Shown here: positions 27,765 through 45,614 of the stretch, piece by piece
Layout of the letters: every line of letters starts with the position of its first letter
Numbering within the stretch: the stretch's first letter is position 1
Assembly (NCBI RefSeq): GCF_009914755.1
Contig: NC_060936.1
Origin: the human T2T-CHM13v2.0 reference genome, Homo sapiens
DNA length: 64,000 bases
Direction: 5' to 3' (one strand)
Program-made: the position numbers and the translations under genes
Notes under the pieces: model-generated
Told to the model about the DNA's origin: nothing
Databases searched by the model: none
The model's input: only the letters and a program-made list of their open reading frames with translations

Positions 27765-27790
27765 TCACTGCACTCCAGCCAGACTGTCTC

Positions 27791-27821
<31 letters not shown>

Positions 27822-27978
27822 AAAGAAAGTAAATCCCACATTGATACTGTGGAGGCCATAAGTATGCACCTATAGGATGCATTTTAAAAATGCCCTAACA
27901 ACGCATAAATATGTCACTGAGGTTTGTTAAGAATGTCCAGATTTCCAGCCTGGGCAGCATAGTAAAACTCCATCTCTA

Positions 27979-28167
<189 letters not shown>

Positions 28168-30207
28168 TCATGACAGCCTGTCTCTCACTCTGCTTAACAG
28201 AGTAAAAAATACTGAGCCCTGAAACACAGGCTTAGAAAATTCAAAAATTGCCTTGGAGAGGGAAAACCACTAAGTGGGAGATGCCTGTGAAGAGCTTGAG
28301 TTACAAAATCTTTTTGAAAACTGAAAGTGGAAAAGAGTAATATTTGTATATTACCCCATAACATATACAAATGTATAGCTGTATCTAAATAAATTAACGA
28401 AATATTGGAAGTGCATATTTGATTTCCCTTAAGCTTATGTAATTAGGGCTATGCCAACATATTTTTATTTTTCATTTATTTTTATGTTTTTCCCCATTGA
28501 TCCATGTGATTCTCAAACACATTTTTATTTTCTCCCTGGCAAATATTTGTTATTAGTCCATTGGAAAAATTGATTGGATTTGGGGATCACCTTGCATTAG
28601 GGCATTTTTGGTATATGTACTCATATTTTAAAAACTGTGAATTCCAATATATATTCTTAATAGGAAACTGCGACATTTTTGTCAATTTTCCTCTCTTCCA
28701 CAAGATGATGCTCCACACCCACCTAAAACAATCACCATTTGTAGTTCCTAGGATCCTAGTACAGAAGAGACAGAGGGGATCTGCTTAATCCTTGTTTTTC
28801 AGAAGGCAGACAGGAGCCCAGAGTGTTTACCAGGGCTCTTTGACATTATGGTATTGATATTAACTCCAATAGCTATACTTATCAAGCACTTCGTGTATAC
28901 CAGGCTCTCTACACAGTTTATTTTATTCTTTATTTTTTTTGAGATGGGATCTGGCTCTGTCACCCAGGCTGGAGTGCGTGGCATGATCTGGGCTCACTGC
29001 AACCTCACCTCCCAGGCTCAAGTGATTCTCCCACCTCAGCCTCCTGAGTAGCTGAGACTACAAGTATGCATCACTGAGCCTGGCTAATTTTTGTACTTTT
29101 TTTTTTTGTAGAGATGGGGTTTTGCTATGCTGCCCAGGCTGGTCTCAAACTCCTGGGCTCCAGTGATCCGCCTGCCTTGACCTCCCAAAGTGCTGGGATT
29201 AGAGTCGCGAGCCTCCACACCCAGCCTCTTTTCACAGTTTAGTTCCCATAATCCCCACAAGACTCTGTGATGCAGGTTCACACCATGTTACATTATGAAG
29301 AAATCGAGTCTCAGCAAGATGATGTGGCCTGCCCAGAGTCACACACCAAAGAAGTGGACAAGCTGTGATTCAAACCCAGGTTCTCTGATTCTAAATGCCA
29401 GAGGTTTACCCACGACATTATCTTACTGCCCAAGGCACTTATTATTTATTGAGCTCCTACTACGTGCTGGGCACTGGGCGAGGCTTGGAGAATACATAAA
29501 TGAATAAGGCAGCCCCATTCTACGGGCAGTTTGTTATGTGTCTTCTCTACTGGGAATCTTCAGCGTGAGAAGCACGTGGTCCCAGGGTCTAGCACATTTC
29601 TTGGCACACAATGGGGCCTCAGTTAATGTTGGCTGAATAAATGAATGAATGACACCATGTTTCCTAGGAAGCAAAAGCACTTCAATCTTGTGACTATTTT
29701 TTAGTCCATAAAACGGATAGATGGTGGAGGACAGAGAACTTCCTGGTGACCTTCTGCTTGCTTCGTCAAGGCATCTATCAAGGGTCCCCATCTTTGAGTA
29801 TGGTGGCTCAACCACAGTGGACCATCCCAAAGGTCCTCTCTGGTTCTGCATTGCAGACACTCTGTGCATGGTGGTGCGGGACCTCCTTCCTGGAGGTGCT
29901 TGCTTCTTCATTTACCCCAGTGTTTCTTAACATTTTGAAGTCTTGTGAGCACCAGAGAAAATGATGAATGCAAGGGGCCCTCCCTCTAAAAAACATGTTA
30001 ATGCTAATATTTTGCATGCAATTTCAGGGGCTTCCTGGACCCCAAGTTAAGAATCTCTGCTATGGGGCCGGACACGATGGCTCATGTCTGTAATCCCAGC
30101 ACTTTGGGAGGTTGAGACGGGTGGATCACTTGAGGTCAGGAGTTTGAGACCAGCCTGGCCAATATGGTGAAACCCCATCTCTACTAAAAATACAAAAGAA
30201 TTAGTCA

Positions 30208-30673
<466 letters not shown>

Positions 30674-31236
30674 AAAGAATCTCTGCTGTGGAAGATGCTT
30701 TTTTTTATTTTTCAAAATTTTTATTAGAGATGGAGGGGCGTCTCGCTATGTTGCCCAGGCTGGAGTCAAATTCCTGGGCTCAAAGGATCTTCCTGCTTCA
30801 TTCAGCCTCCTGAATAGCTGGGATTACAGTGCATGCCACCATGCTTGGCTTCTCCTGTGGAAGATTCTTGAGGACCAAAAGACATCCTAAACAAGAGTCA
30901 CATCTCAAACCTTTTTATTGAATTCCTGTTTTTTGTGCATCATGCTGGGTGCTAAGGGATAGCGTAGGGAAAATCTCCAGCCTTCATATCAGTCAGAAGG
31001 GAGCCCTGGGGCAGCAGGGCATCTAGTCATCAGCCTCTCAGCTCTCAAGTCACATGTGGGACTGGGATCCGGGTGTTTCCCACCTCCCCAGTAAGCCTGC
31101 AACTTTTTCTTCCATCTGGCTCCCATTTTAGAGCCTTGCATATGTTTCTTCAAGGGAAGCCTGGATAATCCTGAATTGCCTCTAATAACCACATTCTTTT
31201 TTTTTTTAATTTTTTTTTTTTTTTTTTTTTTTTTGA

Positions 31237-31341
<105 letters not shown>

Positions 31342-32099
31342 TGAGCAGCTGGGATTACAGGCACAAGCCACCGCCCCTGGCTAATTTTTGTATTTTTTGT
31401 AGAGACAGGGTTTCGCCATGTTGACCAGGCTGGTCTTGAACTCCTGACCTCAGGTGATCCGCCTGCCTCGGACTCCCAAAGTACTGGGATTGCAGGTGTG
31501 AGCCACCGCGTCCGGCTGTAACCACATTCTTTAATTCTTGTTTCCAACAGGTATTCCCAGGAAGAACAAAAAGCGGTTCCACTCAGGGTTCTAAGTTCGA
31601 AGTTGCCCTCATCTCAACCATCATCAACAAAACGCCAGAATGATTTTCTTCTTCTTTTCGTTAATGGTAAAAATAAGATTTTGCCATTTGTTGGGAGCAT
31701 ACGTATTGAGCACGTTTGGGGAGCTTGTGACTCTGGGTCACAAAATAAGACTGGGTTTTTGGAAATGTGGGTGGATAAGGTGGAGTGAGAGGGGCGGGAT
31801 AAGCTCATGGCTGGCTGCAAAAGCCTATCCAGGGTTTGTGGAGCTTCTAAAATTTTCTAGATCCCTTTAAAGAAAAATGACATAAAATAGTGAATAAAAA
31901 TTTCAGCTCAAAAGTGATGTTGTTTCTGACCTATTTTCCTTGTCTCTGAACAAGTTTTTTTTTTTTGGTTTTTTTTTTTAAATAACATTTCTTACAAGAT
32001 AGATCTACTGGCGATAAATTACTGATGAATTTTGCCTCAATGCAATTCTCCATTTCCCTCATTCTTTCTGCATTTATGAAATGGAAATCTATATTCTTC

Positions 32100-33560
<1,461 letters not shown>

Positions 33561-33603
33561 AATATGCTTTGAACATTTTAGGATGAAGATGAGAGAGTTG
33601 TTA

Positions 33604-33759
<156 letters not shown>

Positions 33760-33802
33760 TTAGCTGGGCGTGGTGGCATGCACCTGTAATCTGAGCTACT
33801 TA

Positions 33803-33931
<129 letters not shown>

Positions 33932-34653
33932 TTATCAGTTTGGGACAGGTGCTGAGGAGCGGCCAAGCACTGAAAGAATTTTACTGGCTGTCCCAAGTGG
34001 TGTCCCCGAGCTCTCAAAATCTACGAGCTGTCCGAAAGCATTTGGGCTTTCTAAGTGGGTTTCACATAATGACTATGATAAACCTGTGGTATTTATGCAC
34101 TAATACCTGTGCTGGGCTATGTGCCCACTGACACCAGCATATATTGTGGATAGTGTGTAGGAACTCTATAGGCTCAGATAATTCCAGACGTGTCAATACA
34201 TACAGATGATGGAACTCTTTTGCACAGTGACTGGTGGTCCCACAGCTGAGTGATGATGGTGCATCCGTTGCTCAGAGCCTCGGCGCTGGAGCCACATGCT
34301 TGGGTTCCCATCTTGGCTCTTTTACTTAGGAGCTCATAAACTTGATCACATTCATCTCTGTCTCTTTTTCTCCAACCGGTGAAAGGTGAGAGTAAGCCAT
34401 GCCATACGTATGTGGTGACTTCTGAATTGTTCAATGTGTATAATGTTATCAGTGCAAATGCTCATGAAGCTTAATTATCAGTGAAATGCCTTGCTTTAGA
34501 TTGCACGACTTAACAAGCTCAAAGATTCATGCAAGCCCGGGATTCCGAACTCCCAAGCCATTGTTCTTTCTATGACATCTTCCTGCTTGGTCTACAACCA
34601 ACCACTTTATCCAAATTCATACTCAATTTTGAAATACTCAGATAAAGCTTTCA

Positions 34654-34968
<315 letters not shown>

Positions 34969-36139
34969 CTACTGACAAGTCTGCTGTGCTAAAAGTGGTG
35001 AAAAATATCATCTTGCCTTATTTATTCCTAACAAATGTAAGTGCCTCTAACCTTAGATTGCTTCCGAGTCATGGAACCAACAGTATCTTAGCATCAACTC
35101 CGGGTGATGGGTTAGGGGAACAAGTCACACAATATATCAAAACAATATAAACAGTTTTTCAGAGCTGCAGCTCTATATGCAAACTTGTACAATTATCACC
35201 TTATTATTTTTAAATTTATCTTTATATATATATCCATATGACTTACTTGTTTCTTGGTGTGAATAAATCTGTATATTCTTGGTTAATAGTGTCTACCGAT
35301 TCATTTCATGTCCCTATCTTTATTCAATATGGGCTACTCTTTGGATGAGAAAAAAATGATTGTACTTGAGTATATTTACCTTTGGAAAGGTAAGTATGTT
35401 GGGTGATTGACTGTAGTTGATACCTCTATGATTCTGCATAAACTCATTTATAAAATAAACTCAAATCATAAAATAAATAATAAAAAATAAAAGTGGATCT
35501 TGTTTTACACACGAACACATAGACAATACACATTCTTATTATCTCTTTTTTAAAAAGTTGATTTATGGATATAAATGACATATCCCAAGTTTACTAAACT
35601 AAATAAACATTTCATCAAGAGGAAATACATATTAAAAGCAAAGATAGGTAAACTTGATTGCGTGAAAAGCCACAAAGACATCTGCATCTTTCTAGGTTTG
35701 CTCCAAATTTTTGAAATTAATTATTTTAGTAGCTACTTAATTAGGTAAAAAAACTGCATTACAACAAACTTTGCCATATTTTCCCCAGGAGTATACCTAA
35801 TTGGGCAGTTTGAGGGGTACAGGATGTAATAGGAAATAGCACATGTTCTTTAAAGGAAAAATTCAAAGGGAACCTGCTTGACGCTAGAATCAAATATATA
35901 AATTAAGGAATAAAATAGATCCCCAAAACACATTTATAACCGCATACGAAAAATACAGAGGATAATTTTTAAATACATTTAAGAGGACAGCATTCAACAG
36001 GCCAGTGTGAACATACCTCTAATGCAGGAACTCAGGTTTCCCATAAGAAATACCAAAATCTGGCCGGCACGGTGCAGAGTGAGACTCTGTCTCCACCACG
36101 CCCGGCCAGAGGTTCCATTCTTGAAATTCCATCACCAGA

Positions 36140-36400
36140 TATTTCTATCATTCCTAAGTGATCTAATATTTCTAGAAGCAATAAGCAAACTGTTCAGAAT
36201 TAGATAAAAGACAGCATAAATAGATATTCAGTTATAAAAATCATATTTCTCTAAAAGTTATATTTCTAAAAGTCATATTTCCCTAAAAAGTCATATTTCT
36301 ACCATTCCTGAGAGATCTAATATTTCTAGAACCTATAAACAAACTGTTTGGAATTAGATAAAAGATAGCATTAGTTGATATTAAATAAAAATCGTATTTT
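36140..36400 (+). repeat. Diverged local tandem duplication (~150 bp period)
   Basis: gatctaatatttctagaa...aaactgttYRgaattagataaaagaYagcat occurs near 36160 and near 36314. Confidence 0.85.
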
Positions 36401-36672
36401 TTTTACTTTTTAAAATATATTTTTTATTAAAAATAAAAAATAGTATTTAATATTTTAATTAAATAAAAATCATATTTCTCTAACAATATAATTATCAAAG
36501 TTAATTTTTCCACTTATCTCTATATATTACTATGCATTTAGTTATCTCCCAATCTTTGTGAATTCATAGACGAATTTATCTATCATTGTGTATGTAAACG
36601 GCTGGCTATTCACTGAGTCTTTAGGGGAAAAAAGTCACTATGTTTTCACCAGTGCATCTCCTGAGGGGGTGA

Positions 36673-36831
<159 letters not shown>

Positions 36832-37231
36832 TAGGCAAGTGCCAGGAGTGGTGGCTCACACTTGTAATCCCAGCACTTTGGGAGGCCAAGGCAGGTGGAT
36901 TGCTTGAGCCCAGGGTTTCGAGACCAGCTTGGGCAATAGGGTGAAACCTCATCTCTACAAAAAATACAAAGAGTAGCTGGGCCTGGTAGTGCACACCTGT
37001 AGTCCCAGCTACTCAGGAGGCTGAGGGGGTAGGATTACTTGAGCCTAGGAGTTTGAGGCTGCAGTGAGCCATGAGTGCACCACTGCACTCCAGCATGGGC
37101 AACAGAACGTGATCCTGTCTCAAAAAGAAAAAGAAAAGGCCGGGTGTGGTGGCTCACGCCTGTAATTCCAGCACTTTGGGAGGCCGAGGTGGGCGGATCA
37201 TGACATCAGGAGATCGGGACCATCCTGGCTA

Positions 37232-37468
<237 letters not shown>

Positions 37469-37663
37469 CTAACAACCTCAACTGAATGTGGGATGTTGCC
37501 TAGAGGAACCAGACTAACCAGATCATGTTATTCAATATAATATTTTAGGGAAATTATCCCTAAATTGAGAACTTCTTCTATTTTTAGGTTTAATTTCATA
37601 TATTTGACTCAATCATGTGAACACCACTGCAAGAGGAGTTTTTTTTGTTTTTTGTTTTTTTGA

Positions 37664-37822
<159 letters not shown>

Positions 37823-38680
37823 TAGCAGAAACGGGATTTCTCCATTTTGGTCAGGCTGGTTTTGAACTCCTGACCTCAGGTGATCCACCTGCCTCGGCCT
37901 CCCAAAGTGCTGGGATTACAGGTGTGAGCCACCACGCCCAGACAAGAGGAGTTTTGAGGTACAATTTACACTGAATTGTGATGATTACAAACTTCCAAGG
38001 ATAACTAGTCATACATTATGGTCCTAGGATCTTTTTAAAAATGTGATTCAGTAGATAACTTTAGAGAAAACAGCAAATGAAAGACCTCCAAGAATTCTCT
38101 CCTCCAAAAAAATCAATGAGAAAACTGGCAAAAATTATCACCACTAATATTTTTAGACCTCTAGAAATTAGCCAAAAGCTTGCAGTAATCCAGAGGGTGT
38201 TGATTAAAAACCAAGCAGAATCTCAATAAGAGCAGTGAGTTTTGTGGCAGTTTAATTTTCTCTAGTCCTATTTCCTACTCTGTAGTTCCATGGTAACCCA
38301 GAAAATTAAGGCCCACATTTGCCGTGACCAGCAACCTGCCAGCCACTGCAGGGAGCAGAATAGGACTGGAGCTCCCTCAAAGCCTCATTCCCAGAGAATT
38401 ATCACTATTTGAAGTCATATTTGAAGTCTGTATAAGACTCCACCTTGTTAGACTGTATTTGACCTGACTTGAAATTTGTCCAAGGCAAAAAAAAGCCTTT
38501 TCTGTGGCACAACTATCAAAAACAATGAGAGGCAATTGTTTAACTTTGTGGCTGCTTGAAGTGGTGGATTACAGTTGGGGCAAACAATAGACTAACTAAA
38601 AAGCTTAAAAGAAAAGCTGGGAAGTTAGATGACCATATGGCTTGTGAAAAGTTCTGACACATTCCTGGGTATCTAGAAAA

Positions 38681-39128
38681 TGCGCAGGGGTCCCATTCTC
38701 CGATAAGAGGAGCTCACTGTGCCTAAAATGCTTTCACAAACACTATGGTTCTTGCCAAAGATATTTTTCTATCTGGGATACTGGAATTTAGGTATGGGCT
38801 AGGAAGAGGACACCAAATAACCAGTTCCCGTTAAAAACTGTGGGCACTTAGTCCCTAGTGAGCCTCCCTGGTGGACAATGTTTCATACATGTTGTCGCAA
38901 CTCGTTGGAGAAATTTTCTGTGCCTGTGTGATTTGTTTGGACAGGATTCTTAGAAGCTTGTGCCTAGTTTCCTCTGGATTTTGCCCCATGCACCTTTTTT
39001 CTTGTTTATTTTGCTAGGTGTGCTTTCACCATAAGAAATCACAGCCAGGTGTATGACTATATACTGAGTCCAGTGGTTTATCCTAGAGAATCACTGAACC
39101 TGCAGTGCTCTAGGGCCTCTCCAACACA
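38681..39128 (+). mobile_element. MER21-like ERV LTR fragment
   Basis: ctagtgagcctccctggtggacaatgtttcatacatgttgtc...gtatgactatatactgagtcc...gaatcactgaacct...caacaca. Confidence 0.6.
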
Positions 39129-39412
39129 GGCTGATTGATACACTAGAGAAAAAAAGCAACTAATAGATACCATCCATGAGGAAGTCCATGAGGAAGTCCA
39201 GGCATTGGATTTACTAGACAAAGATTATATTAGCTGTTTTAAATGTATTCAAAGAATTAAATAAAACTATATATAAAGAATTAAAATATAGTATGACGAT
39301 TGTGTTTCATCAAATAGAAAATAGTAATAAAGTTATAAATCATAAAAGAGAACTAAATAGAATTTCTGGAATTGAAAACTAAAACTACAACTAAAAATTT
39401 ATTGGAGGGGTT

Positions 39413-39866
39413 TGTATTTGTTTCCTAGGGTTGCCAAAACAAATCATCTCAGTGGCTTAAAACAGCATAAAGTTATTTGCTTACATTGCTGGAGGATAGA
39501 AGTCCAAAGTTAAAGTGTCAGTTGGGCTGTGCTCTATTTGAAGGCTCTAGGGAATTATCTTTCTTTGCTTCTTTCTAGCTTCAGGTGGTTGCTGGAAATC
39601 CTTGGCTTTCCTTGGCTTGCAGCTGCACCACTCCAATCTCTGCCTGTGTCATCACATGACCTTCTTTCCTCTGTGCCTGTGTTCAAATTTCCCTGCTCTT
39701 ATAAGAGAAACAGTAACTGGATTAGGGCCCACCCTAATACAAGATGACCTCATCTTAATTGATTACATCTGCAAATACCGTATTTCCAAATAAAGCCACA
39801 TTTATAGGGACTAAGTAAGAGAGCCTTGAACATATCATTTTGGAGAACATGATTCAACCCACAACA
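39413..39866 (-). mobile_element. MLT1 (B/C-like) MaLR solo LTR
   Basis: tgtatttgtttcctagggttgcc...gattcaacccacaaca; TSD gggtt/gggct. Confidence 0.85.
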
Positions 39867-41992
39867 GGGCTGAACAGCAGATTTCAGCAGACAAAAAATT
39901 CAGTGAATTTGTAGATTGGTCAACTGAGATTATCTAGCCTGATGAATAGTAAGTTAAAAAAAAACAAAAGGAAAGAGCCTCAGAGAACTATGGAACCCTA
40001 TCAAGCAATACCAATGTATGCATAAAGAGAGTCCCAGAAGGAGATGAGTGAGAGAAAGGAGATACAAGAATATGTGAAGTTATAATAGCCAAAAACTTCT
40101 CCAATTTTATGAAAAACACTAATCAAAATATGCAAGAAGTTCAATAAACTCCAAGTAGCATAAACGCACATCTTAATAAATTAATCAAAAGCCAAAGGCA
40201 AAGAAAAATCATGAGAGCGATAAGCAAGAAATAAATCATCATGTATAAAGGATCATTGGTAAGATTAACAACTACAAACTTTCAGTTTAAGTTCTAAGCA
40301 TCTAATGTATAGCATGGTGACTGTAGTTAATTATACTGTATTGTATACTTGAAATTTGCTAAGAGAGCAGATCTTAAGAATTCTCTTTTCAAAAAAGTAA
40401 CCATAATGTGATGAATGTCTTAATGGACTTGATTGTGGTAATCATTTCACAATGCATATGTGTATCAAATCAACAAACTGTATATTTAAAATATAAACAA
40501 TGCTGTTTGTTAGTTATACCACAATAAAGCTGAAAGGAAGAATCCATGGAGGCCAAAAGGCAGTGGGATGACATATTCAAAGTTCTGAAAGGAAAAATAA
40601 ATGTCAGCCAAGAATTTTATATCTAGCAGTGGTGTCCTTCAAAAAATGGAGACATTAAAGCATTCCCAGATAGACAACATTTGAGAGAATTCATTGCTGT
40701 CAGACTAGCCCCATCAGAACACTAAACAGAGTCCTTCCAGCTGAAATGAAGACAAGAGAGTAATTCAAATCCACATGAAGAAATAAAGAGCACAGGTAAA
40801 GTTATGTAAGTAAAAATGAGACAGTATGTCTAAATAAATAAAATGTATGGGGTGGACACGGTGGCTCATGCCTGTAATCCCAGCACTTTGGGAGGCCAAG
40901 GTGGGTGGATTGCTTGAGCTCAGGGGTTCGTAACCAGCCTTGGCAACATGGTTTTACCATGTTGAGAGGCTGAGGTGGAAGGATGGCTTGAGCCTGGGAG
41001 GCAGAGGTTGCAGTGAACCGAGATCACAACACTGCACTCCATCCTGGGCAACATAGTGAGACTCTGTCTCAATAAATAAATAAATAAAATGTATGTAGTA
41101 AACATGTATAAATAATGTATTTTTCCTGTATCTGTTCTGAAGGACAACTATGTAAAGCAAATATAAATCTATGTTCTTGAGCACACAATGAATAAAGACG
41201 TGTTTTGTATGACAATACCAACATACAGAATGGGGCATGGAACATGTATAGGAGAAAAAAGTTTATATGCTATTGAAATTAATTAATCATACTTAAATGT
41301 TATAAGTTAAGATGTTAATTGTAGTCTCCAGGGCAACTACTAAAACTACTAAAAAAATTCCAAAAATATATATGACAAAAGAAATGGCATAGGGATTAAA
41401 TCAGCACAATAGGAAATACCTAACACAAAATAAGATGGTAATGGAGGAATATCAAAAGCAAAAGACATCCCACATATAGAAAAATAGCAAAATAGAATAT
41501 TTCAATCATGTTAGTATTTTACTAAATCCCCATTGGTAATTAAATCAAATGGAGTTTCATTATACACTTCAGTTAACTGGCAGAGAGTGGTAGAACAGAT
41601 AAAAAATGTGATCTACCTATATGCTGTCTACAACAGTCAAACTTTAAATTCAAGACACAAAGATGATCAAAGTAATAGAATAGGAAGAAATGCAGCAAGC
41701 AAGTATTAACCAAAAGAGAGCCAGAATGGCCTTATTAATATTAGATCAAATAGACTTAGGACAAAATTATTCCTAGAGATGAAGAAGAACATTTTATAAG
41801 GATCAAACGGTCCATTATTTGAGGGTATAATAATTACAAAATTGTTATAAAATTATAAATGTATAAATTATAAAATTGCATTTGGCACTTAACAACAGAG
41901 CTTCAAAATACATGAAGGAAAACTGACAGAATAGAAAGTTGAAGTAGACACTTCAACAATAATATTTGGAGGAACAGAAAGAAAAAAGATTG

Positions 41993-44291
41993 CCCTCTCC
42001 CTCTCCCTCTCCCTCTCTTTCCACGGCCTCCCTCTCCCTCTCTTTCCACGGTCTCCCCCTGATGCCGAGCCAAAGCTGGACTGTACTGCCGCCATCTCGG
42101 CTCACTGAAACCTCCCTGCCTGATTCTCCTGCCTCAGCCTGCCGAGTGCCTGCGATTGCAGGCGCGCGCTGCCACGACTGACTGGTTTTCGTATTTTTTT
42201 GGTGGAGACGGGGTTTCGCTGTGTTGGCCGGGCTGGTCTCCAGCTCCTAACCGCGAGTGATCCGCCAGCCTCGGCCTCCCGAGGTGCCGGGATTTGCAGA
42301 CGGAGTCTGGTTCACTCAGTGCTCAATGGTGCCCAGGCTGGAGTGCAGTGGCGTGATCTCGGCTGGCTACAACCTCCACCTCCCAGCCGCCTGCCTTGGC
42401 CTCCCAAAGTGCCGAGATTGCAGCCTCTGCCCGGCCGCCACCCCGTCTGGAAAGTGAGGAGCGTCTCTGCCCGGCCGCCATCCCATCTAGGAAGTGAGGA
42501 GCGCCTCTTCCCGGCCGCCATCCCATCTAGGAAGTGAGGAGCGTCTCTGCCCGGGCGCCCATCGTCTGAGATGTGGGGAGCGCCTCTGCCCCGCCGCCCC
42601 GTCTGGGATGTGAGGAGCGTCTCTGCCCGGCCGCCCATCGTCTGAGATGTGGGGAGCGCCTCTGCCCCGCCGCCCCATCTGGGATGTGAGGAGCGCCTCT
42701 ACCCGGCCGCGACCCCATCCGGGAGGTGAGGAGCGTCTCTGCCCGGCCGCCCCGTCTGAGAAGTGAGGAGACCCTCCGCCTGGCAACCGCCCGCCTGAGA
42801 AGTGAGGAGCCCCTCCGCCCAGCAGCCACCCCGTCTGAGAAGTGAGGAGCCCCTCCGCCTGGCAGCCACCCCGTCTGGGAAGTGAGAAGGGTCTCCGCCC
42901 AGCAGCCACCCCATCCGGGAGGGAGGTGGGGGGGTCAGCCCCCCACCCGGCCAGCCACCCCGTCTGGGAGGTGAGGGGCGCCTCTGCCCGGCCGCCCCTA
43001 CTGGGAAGTGAGGAGCCCCTCTGCCCGGCCAGCCACCCCATCCGGGAGGGAGGTGGGGGGTCAGCCCCCCGCCCGGCCAGCCACCCCGTCCGGGAGGGAG
43101 GTGGGGGGGGTCAGCCCCCCGCCTGGCCAGCCACCCCATCCGGGAGGTGAGGGGCGCCTCTGCCCGGCCGCCCCTACTGGGAAGTGAGGAGCCCCTCTGC
43201 CCAGCCAGCCGCCCCGTCCGGGAAGGAGGTGGGGGGGGGTCAGCCCCCCGCCCGGCCAGCCGCCCCGTCCGGGAGGGAAGTGGGGGGGTCAGCCCCCCGC
43301 CCGGCCAGCCGCCCCGTCCGGGAGGTGAGGGGCACCTCTGCCCGGCCGCCCCTACTGGGAAGTGAGGAGCCCCTCTGCCCGGCCAGCCACCCCATCCGTG
43401 AGGGAGGTGGGGGGTCAGCCCCCCACCCGGCCAGCCACCCCGTCCGGGAGGGAGGTGGGGGGTCAGCCCCCCGCCCGGCCAGCCACCCCATCCGGGAGGT
43501 GAGGGGCGCCTCTGCCCGGCCGCCCCTACTGGGAAGTGAGGAGCCCCTCTGCCCAGCCAGCCGCCCCGTCCGGGAAGGAGGTGGGGGGGTCAGCCCCCCG
43601 CCCGGCCAGCCGCCCCGTCTGGGAGGGAGGTGGGGGGGTCAGCCCCCCGCCCGGCCAGCCGCCCCGTCTGGGAGGGAGGTGGGGGGGGTCAGCCTCCCGC
43701 CCGGCCAGCCGCCCCGTCCGGGAGGTGAGGGGCACCTCTGCCCGGCCGCCCCTACTGGGAAGTGAGGAGCCCCTCTGCCCGGCCACCACCCCGTCTGGGA
43801 GGTGTACCCAACAACTCATTGAGAACGGGCCATGATGACAATGGCAGTTTTGTGGAATAGAAAGCGGGGAAAGGTGGGGAGAGGATTGAGAAATTGGATG
43901 GTTGCTGTGTCTGTGTAGAAAGGGGTAGACATGGGAGACTTTTCGTTTTGCTCTGTACTAAGAAAAATTCTTATCCTGTTGATCTGTGACCTTTCCCCCA
44001 ACCCTGTGCTCTCTGAAACATGTGCTGTGTCCACTCAGGGTTAAATGGATTAAGGGCGGGGCAAGATGTGCTTTGTTAAACAGATGCTTGAAGGCAGCAT
44101 GCTCGTTGAGAGTCATCACCACTCCCTAATCTCAAGTACCCAGGGACACAAACACTGCGGAAGGCCGCAGGGCCCTCTGCCTAGGAAAACCAGAGACCTT
44201 TGTTCACTTGTTTATCTGCTGACCTTCCCTCCACTATTGTCCTATGACCCTGCCAAATCCCCCTCTGCGAGAAACACCCAAGAATGATCAA

Positions 44292-44322
<31 letters not shown>

Positions 44323-44332
44323 AAATTTAAAA
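41993..44332 (+). mobile_element. Full-length SVA retrotransposon
   Basis: (CCCTCT)n head, antisense Alu-like domain, GC-rich VNTR (~42420-43800), SINE-R, AATAAA and (AAAT)n tail; 15-bp TSD aaagaaaaaagattg at 41978-41992 and 44333-44347. Confidence 0.97.
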
Positions 44333-45331
44333 AAAGAAAAAAGATTGAAGAATAATGAAAAAATAATAATATTTGGAGAATTCAATACCTAACTTTAAAT
44401 AGTAGATAAAAAATTAGGCAGAAAAGTTCAACAAGGAAGTAGAAGACTTGAACAATACTAGCTAAGGAACCTAATGGGCATCTATAGATTGCTCCATCTG
44501 GCAATAGCAAGACACACATTTTTCTCAAGCACACATCAAACACTCCCCAAAATAGACCATATGATAGGCAAGAAAACAAATCTCAATAAATTTAAAGTGA
44601 TTAAAATCATACAAGTTATGCTTTTGGGCCACAGTGTAATAAAATCAATAATAGGCAGAAATTTAGGAAATTCACAAATATAGGTTAATCAAACAATACC
44701 ACTTCTATATAGCTTATGGGTCAAAGGCACCATAATAGGAATTCATAAAATACTTTAGATGGATGGATACAATAACGCAAAATATCAAAACTTAAGGAAT
44801 ACGACAAAAGCTGTGCATTGAGAGAAATTTATATCCTATATTAAATGTCTATATTAAATGCATTTAATATAGGAAATGCCTATATTAGAAAACTTGAAAT
44901 AACTCAAATCGGTAACTTAATCTTCCACCTAAGAAACTGAAAAAAGAAGCACAAGCTAAACCAAAGAAAGCAGAACGAAGGAATAAATAGAGATTATAAT
45001 GAAAATAAATAAAATGGAGAAAATAAACATAATAGAGAAAATCAATGACCAAAATTTCTTTGAAAATATCAAAAAAATTAACAAACTTTTAGCTAGACTG
45101 ACCTAGAAAAAAAGAAGACTCAAATTAATACCAACCCTACGAAAACATAAAAAGATTATAATACCATGAACAATTGTATGGCAACAAATGATATAACCTA
45201 GATGAAATGAAGAAATATCTAGAAAGGAACAAACCTTGGCCGGGCACGGTGGCTCACGCCTGTAATCCCAGCACTTTGGGAGGCCGCAGTGGGTGGATCA
45301 TGAGGTCAGGAGATCGAGACCATCCTGGCTA

Positions 45332-45614
<283 letters not shown>

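Noticed and set aside
42420-43800. Repeat array that superficially resembles CRISPR
   Set aside because: Tandem VNTR units without unique spacers, inside an SVA in human DNA; no cas genes.
42199-43835. Many long Pro/Gly/Arg-rich ORFs
   Set aside because: Artefacts of the GC-rich SVA VNTR.
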